From: Lytechinus pictus
Lineage: Eukaryota
Direction: 5' to 3'
Assembly (NCBI RefSeq): GCF_037042905.1
Contig: NC_087245.1
Span: forward strand, 42,968,001-43,032,000
DNA length: 64,000 nucleotides
Shown: one piece after another, positions 27,896 to 39,845 of the stretch
Layout of the letters: each line of letters starts with the position of its first letter
Numbering within the stretch: the stretch's first letter is position 1
Notes under the pieces: generated by a model
What the model saw: only the letters and a program-made list of their open reading frames with translations
Database searches by the model: none
Told to the model about the DNA's origin: nothing
Position numbers and translations under genes: made by a program

Positions 27896-29654
27896 TTATG
27901 GTATCACGCTCGGTGTCCGTCTGTCCGTCCGTCCGTTAACTTTTCCTTGTAAACGCGATAACTTCAGTTTAACTTAGCCTAGCCTCATATAATTTGTTGT
28001 GTATGATACTAGCATGAATCCCAGGAAGCCTATCGATTTTGAGGTCAATAGGTCAAATATCAAGGTCACAGTGACATGTTTCATCTTACCCTTCTTTAGT
28101 CCTTGTAAACACGATAACTTCAGTTTAACTTAACCTAGGCTCACATAATTTGGTGTGTATGTAACTAGTATGGATCCCAGGAAACCTATTGATTTTAAGG
28201 TCAAAGGTCAAGGTCACAGTGACATGTTTTCATCTTACCCTTCTGAAGTCTTTGTAAACACGATAATTTCAGTTTAACCGAACCTCGGCTCATACAATTT
28301 GGTGTATATTATAATAGCATGGATCCCAGGAAGCCTATTGATTTTGAGGTCAAAAGGTCAAAGTCACAGTGCCATGTTTTCATCTTACCCTTCTGAAGTT
28401 CTTGTTAACGAGATTTTCTAAGCTCATATAATTTGGTGTGTATGATACTAGCATGGATCCCAGGAATTCTATTGATTTTGCAGTCAGAAGGTCAAAGGTG
28501 AATTCGCCATATTCCAATTTTCTTGCTTGACCAATAACTCCGTTTTCCGCGTTACAGGCGGGCATATTACGTGCTCGCCTTAGCGACACTCTCGTTCGTC
28601 ATTATTTCAAGTTTTCTTCAAACTTTGTTATTTAAGATGTTGTTCCTATATTGTATATTATTGCTATCATTGCCCTTATATGTTCCTACTATTATTATCA
28701 GCATTAATATAGCATCAATCATCGTTATTGATACCATCCATTTAACCCTATGTTAACTGGGCCTTTTCAGACCAGGATATACTGGGGGTGTCAATTTGAC
28801 CCAAATTTTTTTTTTGTTTTTTTTTTGTCAATTATGCAAATTAGCTTATGAAATTTGGGTTTTTGTGTATATTTTTGCCTTTAACTCAATTTATATAGCT
28901 AGTAGAATGCTTATATTCGGTGAAAGTATACATTTTTAGATTTCGGACAAATATCCACAAACAAATTGCAAACATATAATAAATTTCTTTTCTTCCTTTA
29001 TTTTATTGATTTTTTTAATTCTTATGTATTTCCTTCTTTTTTTAACAATTGTTATCAGTCACCGTTTGCGGTTATAAAAAGGCTTAGAATGTCCAGTTTT
29101 TAGGCTGGAATATATTTTTAGCTTACGCTTCGCATTCGCATTATTCGATGTATCTTAATCATGAGTCACTAAACGCAGTCCTTAACAGGTTCCTTTTCTT
29201 GTCAGTATATTTCAGCTCGCACTTCGCACTCGTGTTAATTTTTCAGTTATTTGCACATCTTTTTAATGGTTGCAAAAACTGCTCAAAATGTTTAATTGTC
29301 ATTTCTTATTGAAATGTCAAAAAGTTTGAGCTTGCGGTTCATGCTCGCAACACCTTCCAAGGATGCCATATTGACAGTTGACAAAAAAAAACGAAACTAG
29401 TTTTAAAACATCAGCTTTGACAATTGTTCCAAACCGCTCGCTCGTTACACTCTCTCGTGAAAAATAAAGCCTATATATATATCTTACCATAATCATAAAT
29501 CACTTAAAAAAGGCTTTGCTTTACTCAATTACTCTACTTTGCTCCGCCGCTCTTCTTTTTGCCCCCCTTCCTCATAACAACTGAACAGCAACGGTATCCC
29601 CCCCTCCACCACGATGACCCTTCCGGTTTTCCCGGCTTCGCCACCGATTATTTC

Positions 29655-30042
29655 ATTTTTCGGATTAACGAACCATCGGAATAAAGAACCTTATTTTGTT
29701 TTCGGATTATCGAACCTTCGGAACAACGAACCCTATTTCGTTTTCGGATTAACGAACCTTATTTCGTATGCGGATTATCGAACCTTCGGAACAACAAATC
29801 CTATTTCGTTTTTGGATTATCGAACCTTCGGAATAACGAACCTTATTTCGTTTTCGGACTAACGAACCTTAGGAATAACGAATCTTCGGAATAACGCCAC
29901 AAATGTTCGGTGTAACGAACCCTTTTTCGTTTTCAGATTAACGAACATCGAGGTATAGGCAATTTACGTGTTTCGGAATTACGAACCTTCGGAATAACGA
30001 ACCTTCGGTATAACGAATCTTCGGAATTACGAAGTGTAACCC
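29655..30042 (-). repeat. MITE-like repeat built of acgaaccttcggaata units; inverted partner of 36093-36526
   Basis: Ends ttcggaattacgaagtgtaacc, the reverse complement of the start at 36094. Confidence 0.8.
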
Positions 30043-30212
30043 TAGATAGAACTATAAGCAGATAATTGTAAGGAATAGAGTAACAAAACATAGAATTGAT
30101 GTGGAAGGTTCATGCTTTTAATCGTGTATTTTTTCTATTCTTCTCTATCTCCTCCCGAATATTTCACCTTCCCTCTCCCTAGCATACACCCGCTTTGCTC
30201 TATCCACATACA

Positions 30213-30468
30213 CACTCTAAAAATATTGGGTGAAAATGCTCCATGGGGGTAATTATGAGTCCAACCAACATATAGGGCATATCTTATGGGCATTTTTATG
30301 TATCCAATGTGATGAAAGTTTTGCCCATTCTAAAGTTAATTGCTGCTTTTTTTTAACCTTACAGGACAATATGCTTCCGCTTTGGGTAAAACACTGCCCC
30401 AAATTGGTTGGACACATAATTACCTTCGTGCTGGTAACAATTTTACCTATTTTATTTTTTGTACAGTG
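30213..30468. mobile_element. CACT-ended MITE (EnSpm-type) with 2-bp TSD CA
   Basis: CA|CACTCTAAAAATA ... TTTTTGTACAGTG|CA. Confidence 0.7.
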
Positions 30469-33400
30469 CACTCTCCCTTCGAAGCATAGATGTTCGTACA
30501 CAAACATCCCAATCTCACCACTCTCTGTTTATCTATCTCGATACAAATACACACACACACCCACACATACAGAGCAAAAAATACCCATGACAAACTTCCG
30601 GTAATTGGAACAAAAATTACAATTTTACCACAAAAAATGGAAATCACATGACACATTTTCCCTTCAAAATGGCATTTTATTTTTATAGCATTCATAGTAT
30701 ATATCATCGTAATTTCAAACTCCCTTTCCCACTCTCGAAATACATAATGTACATATTGAATATGGTACGCAAGCACAGACCCTGATTTAGAGTGAAAGTG
30801 GGTCTTGACTCTACGAATGTCAATACCCGTGTTTTGGTTTGAAGATCTACAATGCTCGAGCTTCAGTCTATAAAGGCAAAAACTGTGGGTGGTTTTATTA
30901 TAGCCCTGGTTTAATTGCGCACATGGAACACGTCGAACGGAATCCCTGCACCAAGTAAAGTTTAAATGTCATGAATCTTTCAGCGAAAAATTGTCCAAAA
31001 CGTGTGTCATGAAGTGGCATGAATGTGAATATGTGATGACACGAATATATAATCATTTTTATTACAAATTGGTATTTATTTTACTCATGAATATGGAGAA
31101 TAACATGTTATGAGAATAACATTTCGTTTTAATTATCAGAATACCACCCGATGAGTTTCATCGGTACAATTGGTATAATTCACATTAAAAGCCTTGTTTG
31201 CAGATGCAAACAGTGATTTTTGGACAGGCTCAAGAGGTCTAATATCACTGCTGGCATTTCACAATATTACAATTGACATTAATGCAAAATTACCAAGCAC
31301 CAAATATACAAATGACAAGGTAATATTTACAGAGAACATGATTCTAATTGTAATAAACTAAAAATGAATACTCATACTAGTTAAAAATATGAAAAAGAAT
31401 AATGGCACTGTAATGAATATATTATTAGATGAAATAGTGGATTCTAATGATATTAAGGAGTTTCCACAACCACTATGCAGACACTTTCTGGAGCATAGAG
31501 AATCTATTATCAAAAGCACTTCATGACAAGCAGTCTTTGTCGAAAATTTGTTAATCTAAACATCACTATTGTCCGTGACTCTGGACAAACGACATTCCAT
31601 TTTCTCATCAGCTGCGATACTTTGGACAAGCTGTCGGTTCACCAATTTTCGACAAAGTCCTCTCACATGTTAATTGTGATTTGACAGACATTTTCAATAA
31701 ATTTACTGTTGTAGAATCCGTCCCTGTTTCAATTGCAAAAACTCGCTATTAGTGCTTGCAAAAGCACACATGACCAGTCATTCATTTGCCCTGATGCGAA
31801 GATTGCAATCAGGAGAAATAAGGACCAGTAGTGGTTTTGAAATCTTGATAGATTGTTGAATAACAATGATCCATATAACTGTCTTGTGAAACATCTTATA
31901 ATGCACCTCATTTTCCTAAAACAATTACTACCCCCACTTGTTGCATTTGAAACTGTCCAAAACGCCCTCGGTTATGCATCGGGTGTGTTAGAACTGTTCC
32001 AAATGCACTGTGTATATGGCCTGCATGGTGTGGATTATAATTATGTATAATAGCATCGCTTATATTATGAATTTAACAATAGTATCCCAATTTGAAAGGG
32101 ATAAAACGTCTGATCCATATAGATATAGACATACATTCTACATGTACAGTTTGAAACGACTATTCATTCCCCCCCCCCTTTTTTTTGTGAACAATAACTC
32201 ACATATATGATATTACACATATAGAGTAACTACCCAGATGTTGAACATTACATTTCTCTGACAGAGTATACTTCAATAGATTACAATTTGCCCGAAGCGC
32301 AAAGCGCGGGAGGGGGGGGGGGACATTGTCAACAAGCTCCGGGGGAGGGGTGTTATCAACACAAAAGACCCAGGGCATGTTGTTTAATTTTTTTGCCAAG
32401 AAAAAACACTGACAAATTAACAAACACTTGGAAACAAATTATGACAGTCTGGTAAAAAAAATGACAAGGTTTTTCTATATGCAACAAGCCCCTGGTGGGT
32501 GTTTCAGAAAGCTGTTCATAAGTTACGAGCGACTGGTATCCTATCTTGTGGTTATTAAGTGCACCAAATTTCCATTGGTGTTGAATACGTTAGTAAGAAA
32601 AGATCTTAATTTGTTCGTATAGTCTCCCGTAACTTACGAATAATCTCTATTTAACACCCACAATATATCTGTATCTGTAAATGTATAGTATATGCAGATT
32701 CGCCATCAGAGTTGGTCTAGATTGTACGTTGAAAGAGGGAAGCGTTTTTTCCCAAAGCCACCGTAGAGGGATAAGGATAACCTGGGGGATTGGCAATTGG
32801 TTAGGGAAATCGGGAGTCAGTTCATCTACGCTAGCTTTGAGAAAAAGAGGGATTCCCTCTTTCAATGTTGGATCCTGACTTCATCATAATTCAGAGTGTG
32901 CACTGGCTTTATGATGAACTCGCAGTGCTTGCTACAGCTCTGGTGGGTGTTTCATGAAGCTCTTCGTAAGTTAAGAACGATTGGTGAACCTTTCTTATGC
33001 GCTAAAGTAATCACCAATGAACATATAGTGAACATCATTTACCACAAGAAAGGATCACCAGTCGTTCGTAAATTACGAGCAGCTTTGTGAAAGGGGTTTG
33101 TTTATGTCACAATATAAATACAAAGCTAGCATCACCCCTATGAATAAAATGCAATTAGTCGCTGAAGTGACGTCAGAACTTTTTTTTACCTACCACTGAT
33201 CCGAATCTACACAATTTATGTGATATATGAATATACAAATATTTGAAAATGCAGCTTATATATATCTGATTTTCTCGATTCTCTCAAATCAATTAGTTGT
33301 TGGAGTGGACATGACTTTTAAAAGTACACTTTCAAAGAACAAAAATATATATAGTTTGTCTTTTACATTGAAATTGCTAGGCCCTACAGGCAAACATGTA

Positions 33401-33701
33401 ATCTACATAGACGGAATAAAGCAAGTGAATAATTTACTAGTATATATTTGCTTTTAATATATGTGTTATGAGCCGCTCTCTTGGGATCACAGTCATACAT
33501 ACACGCACACACACACACACACCTTAATACACACATACCACCTATAAAGGTTTGATGGATCAAAAATATAAAATTTCTGCATTATATTTTTTACATGGAG
33601 AATTGTTTTAGAGTTTCCCATGTATGAAATGAGGATTGTATCTTGCACTTCATCTGATATTGGCTTCAGAAATAGTTGATTCCTCCTTTTTTGGTGAGCA
33701 G

Positions 33702-33892
33702 ATCCACCAATTTCAGAAGAAAGAGCTGCTGAAATGTGCAGGCGGTTGCAGCACAACGTTGAACCGCAGAAAACTGTTCAGGAATGCATGGCTGCCACTT
33801 CCCAGATACAACTGAACATAATCCATTCCGAGAACACTTTACTTGGGACCCTCTTGCAGACATGCCCACGACTGCTTGACAGTCCTGGAATG
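33702..33892 (+). pseudogene. Orphan exon homologous to exon 8 of the SAM-domain transposon gene
   Basis: RLQHNVEPQKTVQECMAAT...LLQTCPRLLDSPGM|gtatgt aligns with WLKHHTEPKQQVKTWMQET...LLERFPRLIDSDGM|gtatgt; same phases (1 in, 0 out). Confidence 0.8.
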
Positions 33893-35298
33893 GTATGTAT
33901 TTTGTCTGAATGTTGCAATAATTGAAATGAGCAGCGCTATTCCCTCTAAAATGAAATAAGATTATGTATTTTTGTCGAGATCACTGGAGGTAAGGGGAGA
34001 CGTATGGATCATCTGCGGCAGCTGTAGATCCACCCGTCTGTCCATAACGCTACAAAAACTTGGGTTTTATAACTTTGTACTTGGGGCTTCAATTTCAAAA
34101 CAAACTTGGAGGGGAGAGTGTTTATGCAAAATTTCACATTTTACCAAACATGGAGGTCGCTTAAAGGTCAAAGCTCACAGGCAGGGTTCAAAGCTTTTTT
34201 ACAGTATGTTTCTTTTATTGCCCATAACTTTTGATTTATATGTCTGATTGTGTCCAAACTGGGATGGATAATGCCGCTATTGGACTTGAGGTCACCACCA
34301 GGTCAAAGGTCACAGGCAAGGGTCAACCAACTTTTAGGGGCAAACTAACTTAGGGGCCAATGTCAAGTTTTTAGGGCGCATTTTGATTATGGCTCAAAAC
34401 TTTTGATCCATATGTATGCTTGTGATCAAACTTGGATGGTAATGTCCCTTGGGGAGTTGAAGGTCACCACAGGGTCAAATGTCATAGGCATTGTCAAGGA
34501 ACTTTTGAGAATTTAAAAAAATATTTGTCCTGCGCTAATGGGCGAGACACATATTGGCAATTACCTTGTCTTACAATAGAACAAGCAAACATACAGAAGG
34601 AATTCTTTTCTAGAGGTAAGGTAGGTTTCCCCACAGTGGCGCAGTTAGCAAAATATTTGGAAATGCCTGGTGGGAGAATGGATCGATTGATTGGTAAGGT
34701 TTCGGTTTTACAACTTTTACTGCTTTATATATTATCAAGGCTAGGGTGAAGCAATGAACTGTCATTCGCCAAGACAAATTTGGGGCCACTTTTATGCCCA
34801 TGCAACAAGGCAAGGCGAGGCAACTGAAGGTAGCGGACCCATGCAAAAGGTGGCCATGGCAATGATAGTTTGTCCCCAATAATTATTATAAGCTGTCTTC
34901 CAATTTGACAAGACTAAGAGCAATAAAATTTGATATCTCACTGAGCTTGCTTTCCAATGAATCAGTCAATCGCTTATTAAAGTGATGTAGTTCAGTGCTA
35001 CATGTCAAACTACTGCTCCATGCATGAATATGTTGGTGTCAGTAGAATACTGTCATTAATGAAGGAAGAAGTGTTGTTCAAAAAGCAGTATCTCTAAGCT
35101 CCACCAACCTGAATTGAAAATCTATCTTTGTCCTATACTAGAATTTAGTATGTGGGCTATCTGTACATCTTATGATTTTATTTCTCTGCATTCAATGTTT
35201 GGTTTTTCATCAACGACTTGCTAATCTTGTATTCCACCAGATATTTTGCTTTATTAGGAATATTCGCTAATACTGCTTTCCCTTTATTGTATGTATAG

Positions 35299-35452
35299 AT
35301 TGATGCGGATTTTCGGAGAATGTATGGAGAGGAAAGTGCAGAGGCACTGACAAAAAAATGGACCCCAGAATTATCACTGATGATAATGGAGTATGTTAAG
35401 ATGCAAAGACGTAATGCCCAACAGGAGGAGCTTTGCAGCAGCCTTCAAAAAG
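35299..35452 (+). pseudogene. Orphan exon homologous to exon 9 of the SAM-domain transposon gene
   Basis: tag|IDADFRRMYGEESAEALTKKW...IMEYVK aligns with VDQDFRILFPKSADALFVKW...ILKYAE; no clear donor, so the end is approximate. Confidence 0.7.
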
Positions 35453-36092
35453 GGAAAAAAGCGCATATACAGTCTTACCTCAGTCTCTTGTCCGGAAACG
35501 TTAGGACTGCGGCTTATCCGAACAAAGGATTTGGCCGGATATGAGAAACCAAGTATAGTAGCTCAAGACCCAATGGTAGCTGCATGTGCAGGAAGCATGC
35601 AAAACAAGTGCAACATGTGCATACATGTGCAAAAAATCATGTCTGGGTAATAGAGAGATCTGGATAAAGGGAGGTCGGATAAGAGAGGTCAGACTGTATA
35701 AACGTATTCTTGCACTTTGAAATGTAGTCAATGAGAAAATGAATGAAAACCCGACAGGGTTAGGCGTCCCCCTGAAGTGACTAGATATCAGCCATTTGAA
35801 GGCCAAGGAAACACAATTCTCATGCTTAGATTAATTTATTGAAGGCTGCAAAAATCTTTATGTTTGTATAATTTTTTTTTTCATCCAAATGGTCAGATGA
35901 CATGAGCAGTTAATTGCATATAAGTTTACAATGTTGCTCATTTTTTATGTGTGTGGCTACACCTACGTATTTTTCTACCATGACACTTGCGTTATCAGTG
36001 TTATAACCTATACCCCTTTCATATTGCGCTTTTCACCGGCGAACTTCGCCAGCGAAGGGGAAAGTGTCCAGTATGAAAGGTACACAGGAGAA

Positions 36093-36526
36093 CGGTTACA
36101 CTTCGTAATTCCGAAGGTTCGTATATAATTCGTAATTCCGAAACACGTAAATTGCCTATACATGTACCTCGATGTTCGTTAATCCGAAAACGTTAAAGGG
36201 TTCGTTCATCCGAACATTTGTGGCGTTATTCCGAAGGTTCGATATTCCGAAGGATCGATAATCCGAAAACGAAATAAGGTTCGTTATTCCGAAGGTTCGT
36301 TAGTCCAAAAATGAAATAAGGTTCGTTAATCATTTCGTTTTCGGACTAACGAACGTTCGGAATTTCGAACCTCATTTCGTTTTCGGATAAACGAACCTTC
36401 GGAATTACGAACCTCACTTCGTTTTCGGACTAACGAACCTTCGGAAATACGAACCTTCGGAATAACGAACCTTCGGAATATCCAAAGCTTCGGAATAACG
36501 AAGCTTCGGAATTACGAATGTATGCG
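36093..36526 (+). mobile_element. MITE of ttccgaaggttcg repeats with a 7-8-bp flanking direct repeat
   Basis: TIR cggttacacttcgtaattccgaag / cttcggaattacgaatgtatgcg; AGGAGAA(C) on both sides. Confidence 0.8.
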
Positions 36527-36743
36527 AGGAGAACTTCACCGGTGAAGTTCGCCGGCGAACTTGTCCACCTCTACACTCTAAAAAAGGATTGGTCAAAAAA
36601 CGACCAATCCTGTTGGTCAACACCATATTGGTTATTTTCAACCAATATGTTTTGGTCAAATTGTACCAATATCATTGGTTATCTATTAACAATTTGAAAT
36701 GGTCAAGAAATATTGGTTATTAACAACCAATGTATTGGTCAGA

Positions 36744-36780
36744 CCACGTGTAGCTTCAACATGAGTGAGAGTCACGTGAC
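36744..36780 (+). promoter_or_regulatory. Two E-boxes upstream of the element A SAM exon, including a perfect GTCACGTGAC (36771-36780)
   Basis: Motif match 40 bp upstream of the ATG. Confidence 0.45.
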
Positions 36781-36819
36781 ATCATAGGCTAGCTACGTTC
36801 AGATCGGGTTCGGTTTGCA

Positions 36820-36886
36820 ATGGACGACTTCGTCGAAGAAAAACTCTTGGAATGGGGACTTGAAAATTATCTTGAAACTTTTAAAG
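36820..36886 (+). CDS. First SAM-domain coding exon of element A (MDDFVEEKLLEWGLENYLETFK)
   Basis: 13/22 aa identical to exon 43092-43158; same 67-nt length and phase-1 gtaag donor. Confidence 0.8.
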
Positions 36887-37699
36887 GTAAGATTATACTA
36901 GTATTAATTGGATCTGGTGAACTGTGAATGATGACTAACTACAACAATTAGGCCTACAGTAAACTAACAAAAAACAGTAACACTACAGCTAGGCTAGCGT
37001 GAGACTGTTTCTGAGTGATTGAGACCTGACGAGTTAACTGTACCGTACGCGGTATGTAGGCACAGCCAGCTAGCGCTGTCACAAGATTGACGTTACTAAG
37101 TTAGACCGTAAGCTGATTGATTTTATTCGCCAAGCCTCAAACATGCAACAAAAAGAATTAGGTGTCTAGACTCTAGGCCTAGATCTATATCTATCCCGGA
37201 GTTAGACCTGGCCCTAGGCATACTGTCCTTGAATTAGATCTAACGTTAGAGACTAGATCTAGAATAAGTTAGATTCTACTGCACTGTGCAAGGATACATG
37301 CAAGTCTACAGAACAGTAACTACACTGTAAAAAATAGCTGTAAAACTACAGGTTTTTTGGCCCTTAAAATTACAACTTATTGCCGTTATTTAAAGTTTAC
37401 TGTCCTTTTCCTGTAAAACAACAGCAAGTTTGTTGATTTACAGGAAATCAGCATATATTTACAATCGCCCTACATAAAATACTGTTAAAAAAACATTTTC
37501 GCATTTTTAACACGTTATCCTGTTAATGACAAATTGTTTACATTGTTCCGTTTTAATTTACATAGATTTTCCTGTAATAAATTGAATTTTCTTCTATTTA
37601 ACAAAATTATTTCGGTAAGTTAACAGTTTCCTTCTTTTTACTACCCAAGTCTGTAAGAATACACAATATCTGTTAAACTACCACAGTTTCTCGGAGTTA

Positions 37700-39555
37700 A
37701 CAAATGCAATTATGCCGTTAAAATACTGCAAGTTTAGTAATTTGAGAAAAGTTCCTGTAAGATGACAATTTTGGAACTGGTTTTTCGTTTTTACATCCCA
37801 GGTCTGTGAAAAAGTCACAACGTATGTTAAAATACGGCAGATTCTTGTAATTCAACAAAAACAGTATAGGCCGTAAAAATACACCCTTTTAGTCATTTCA
37901 GAAAATTTCCTGTAAGATGACAATTTTTTAACCGGTTTTTCATTTTTACATCCCAAGTCTGTTAAAAAGTCACAATGTCTGTTAAAATAGGACAGATTCT
38001 TGTAATTCAACAAAAACAGTATAGGCCGTAAAAATACACCCTTTTAGTCATTTCAGAAAATTTCCTGTAAGATGACAAGTTTTAAACTGGTTTTTCGTTT
38101 TTACAACCCGGGTCTGTTTAAAAGTCATAATGTATGTTAAAATACATGTACGACCGTATTCTTGTAATTTAACAAAAACAGTAGGCTTACAGGCCGTAAA
38201 AATACATCCTTTCAGTTATTTGAAAAAAGTTCCTGTGAGATGACAAGTTTTGAACTGGTTTTTCGTTTTTACAACCCAAGTCTGTGAAAAAACACAAAAT
38301 CTGTTAAAATACGACATATCATTGAAATTCAACAAAAGCAGTATATGCCGTTAAAATACACCCCTTCAGTAATTTGAGAAAAATTCCTGTAAAGATGACA
38401 AGTTTTGAACTGGTTTTTCGTTTTTACATCCCAGGTCTGTGAAAAAGTCACAACGTATGTTAAAATACGGCAGATTCTTGTAATTCAACAAAAACAGTAT
38501 AGGCCGTAAAAATACACCCTTTTAGTCATTTCAGAAAATTTCCTGTAAGATGACAATTTTTTAACCGGTTTTTCATTTTTACATCCCAAGTCTGTTAAAA
38601 AGTCACAATGTCTGTTAAAATAGGACAGATTCTTGTAATTCAACAAAAACAGTATAGGCCGTAAAAATACACCCTTTTAGTCATTTCAGAAAATTTCCTG
38701 TAAGATGACAAGTTTTAAACTGGTTTTTCGTTTTTACAACCCGGGTCTGTTTAAAAGTCATAATGTATGTTAAAATACATGTACGACCGTATTCTTGTAA
38801 TTTAACAAAAACAGTAGGCTTACAGGCCGTAAAAATACATCCTTTCAGTTATTTGAAAAAAGTTCCTGTGAGATGACAAGTTTTGAACTGGTTTTTCGTT
38901 TTTACAACCCAAGTCTGTGAAAAAACACAAAATCTGTTAAAATACGACATATCATTGAAATTCAACAAAAGCAGTATATGCCGTTAAAATACACCCCTTC
39001 AGTAATTTGAGAAAAATTCCTGTAAAGATGACAAGTTTTGAACTGGTTTTTCGTTTTTACAACCCAAGTCTGTGAAAAAAATCACAATGTCTGTTAAAAT
39101 ACGACATATTGAAATTTAACAAAAGCAGTATATGCCGTTATAATGATAATAATGATGATAAATCCATAATTTATTGTTCGAAATAGACATGAAATGAAAT
39201 ACTCCGAAAATTTGCTTTGCCCAATTGATCGTGGGCCCGGCAGCCGCTGTGCAGCGCCAGATCGACGAGGCTCTATCCCTTTAATCGTTGAACGCCAAAC
39301 AGGGTAGCAGCAACTCCCATCTTTTAACGTCTTTTGGTCTGACGCGGCCGGGGTTTGAACCCCCGACCTCCCGGTTGTGAGACGGACGCTCTACCAACTG
39401 AGCCAACACACCCTTTCAGTTATTTGAGAAAAGTTCCTGTAAGATGACAAGTTTTGAACTGGTTTTTCGTTTTTACAAACCAAGTCTGTGAAAAAGTCAC
39501 AACGTCTGTTAAAAATACGAAAGATTCTTGTAATTAACAAAAAACAATAGTCCTA
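37700..39555 (+). repeat. About 155-bp tandem array with a duplicated 633-bp four-monomer unit
   Basis: cctgtaagatgacaa anchors at 37754, 37909, 38064, 38232, 38386, 38542, 38697, 38865, 39019 and 39436; 37775-38407 is repeated at 38408-39040. Confidence 0.92.
39141..39412 (-). mobile_element. tRNA-derived SINE inserted in the tandem array
   Basis: Minus strand has A box TGGCTCAGTTGG, B box GGTTCAAACC, a non-tRNA body and an (ATC/ATT)n tail; it splits one monomer between gccgtta and caccctttcagt. Confidence 0.85.
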
Positions 39556-39717
39556 CACTCTCATGACAGCCGATTCATTTTTATGAATAGAACAGCTATT
39601 CAATATTTTCTTAATCCGAAACTCGTCATTTTTAATAGATTACAAGTCATCTTAAAGAGATTATATTCACGCTGACATACAAAGTTCCAAGGATTTTGAA
39701 TAGATCGGGGAATCAAA

Positions 39718-39845
39718 TGACGTCACAAATTATCGTCAGTTTCATTGGTGGAAAGTAGTGGTGACGTACGAAGCTAGCGGCGTCTCTCAAATTCTGGACT
39801 AAGATACGCGGCCGGCCGGGCGGAGGTCAACATTTTCTGGTAAGA
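39718..39845 (+). promoter_or_regulatory. Putative promoter and non-coding first exon of element C
   Basis: CRE TGACGTCA at 39718-39725, CpG-rich stretch, strong donor ctg|gtaaga at 39840; the first coding exon has an acceptor at 43088. Confidence 0.5.

Larger units (their letters stand above)
24814..28595 (+). mobile_element. Helentron/DINE-1-like non-autonomous element, split by the insertion at 24849-27895
   Basis: TTTTTATACACCC start with a short hairpin; (GTCC)n microsatellite at about 27915-27935; about four 150-155-bp tandem core repeats at 27946-28500; 3' hairpin gtgctcgccttagcgacac. Confidence 0.65.
36574..37322 (+). mobile_element. Left end of EnSpm/CMC element A (right end not in window)
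   Basis: TA|CACTCTAAAAAA, subterminal accaat/attggt repeats to about 36740, then a SAM exon. Confidence 0.75.

Noticed and set aside
29655..30042. CRISPR-like short palindromic repeats and the ORF at 29614-29862
   Set aside because: Irregular micro-repeats of a MITE; the ORF is a translation of the repeat
31350..32050. Possible decayed coding sequence
   Set aside because: Composition is somewhat coding-like, but the frames examined have stops and no family could be recognised; a translated homology search is needed
39335..39412. tRNA gene on the minus strand
   Set aside because: A and B boxes are present, but they run into a non-tRNA body and simple-repeat tail and interrupt a repeat monomer, so this is a SINE head
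37700..39555. CRISPR-like array
   Set aside because: Eukaryotic context; monomers are contiguous with no unique spacers
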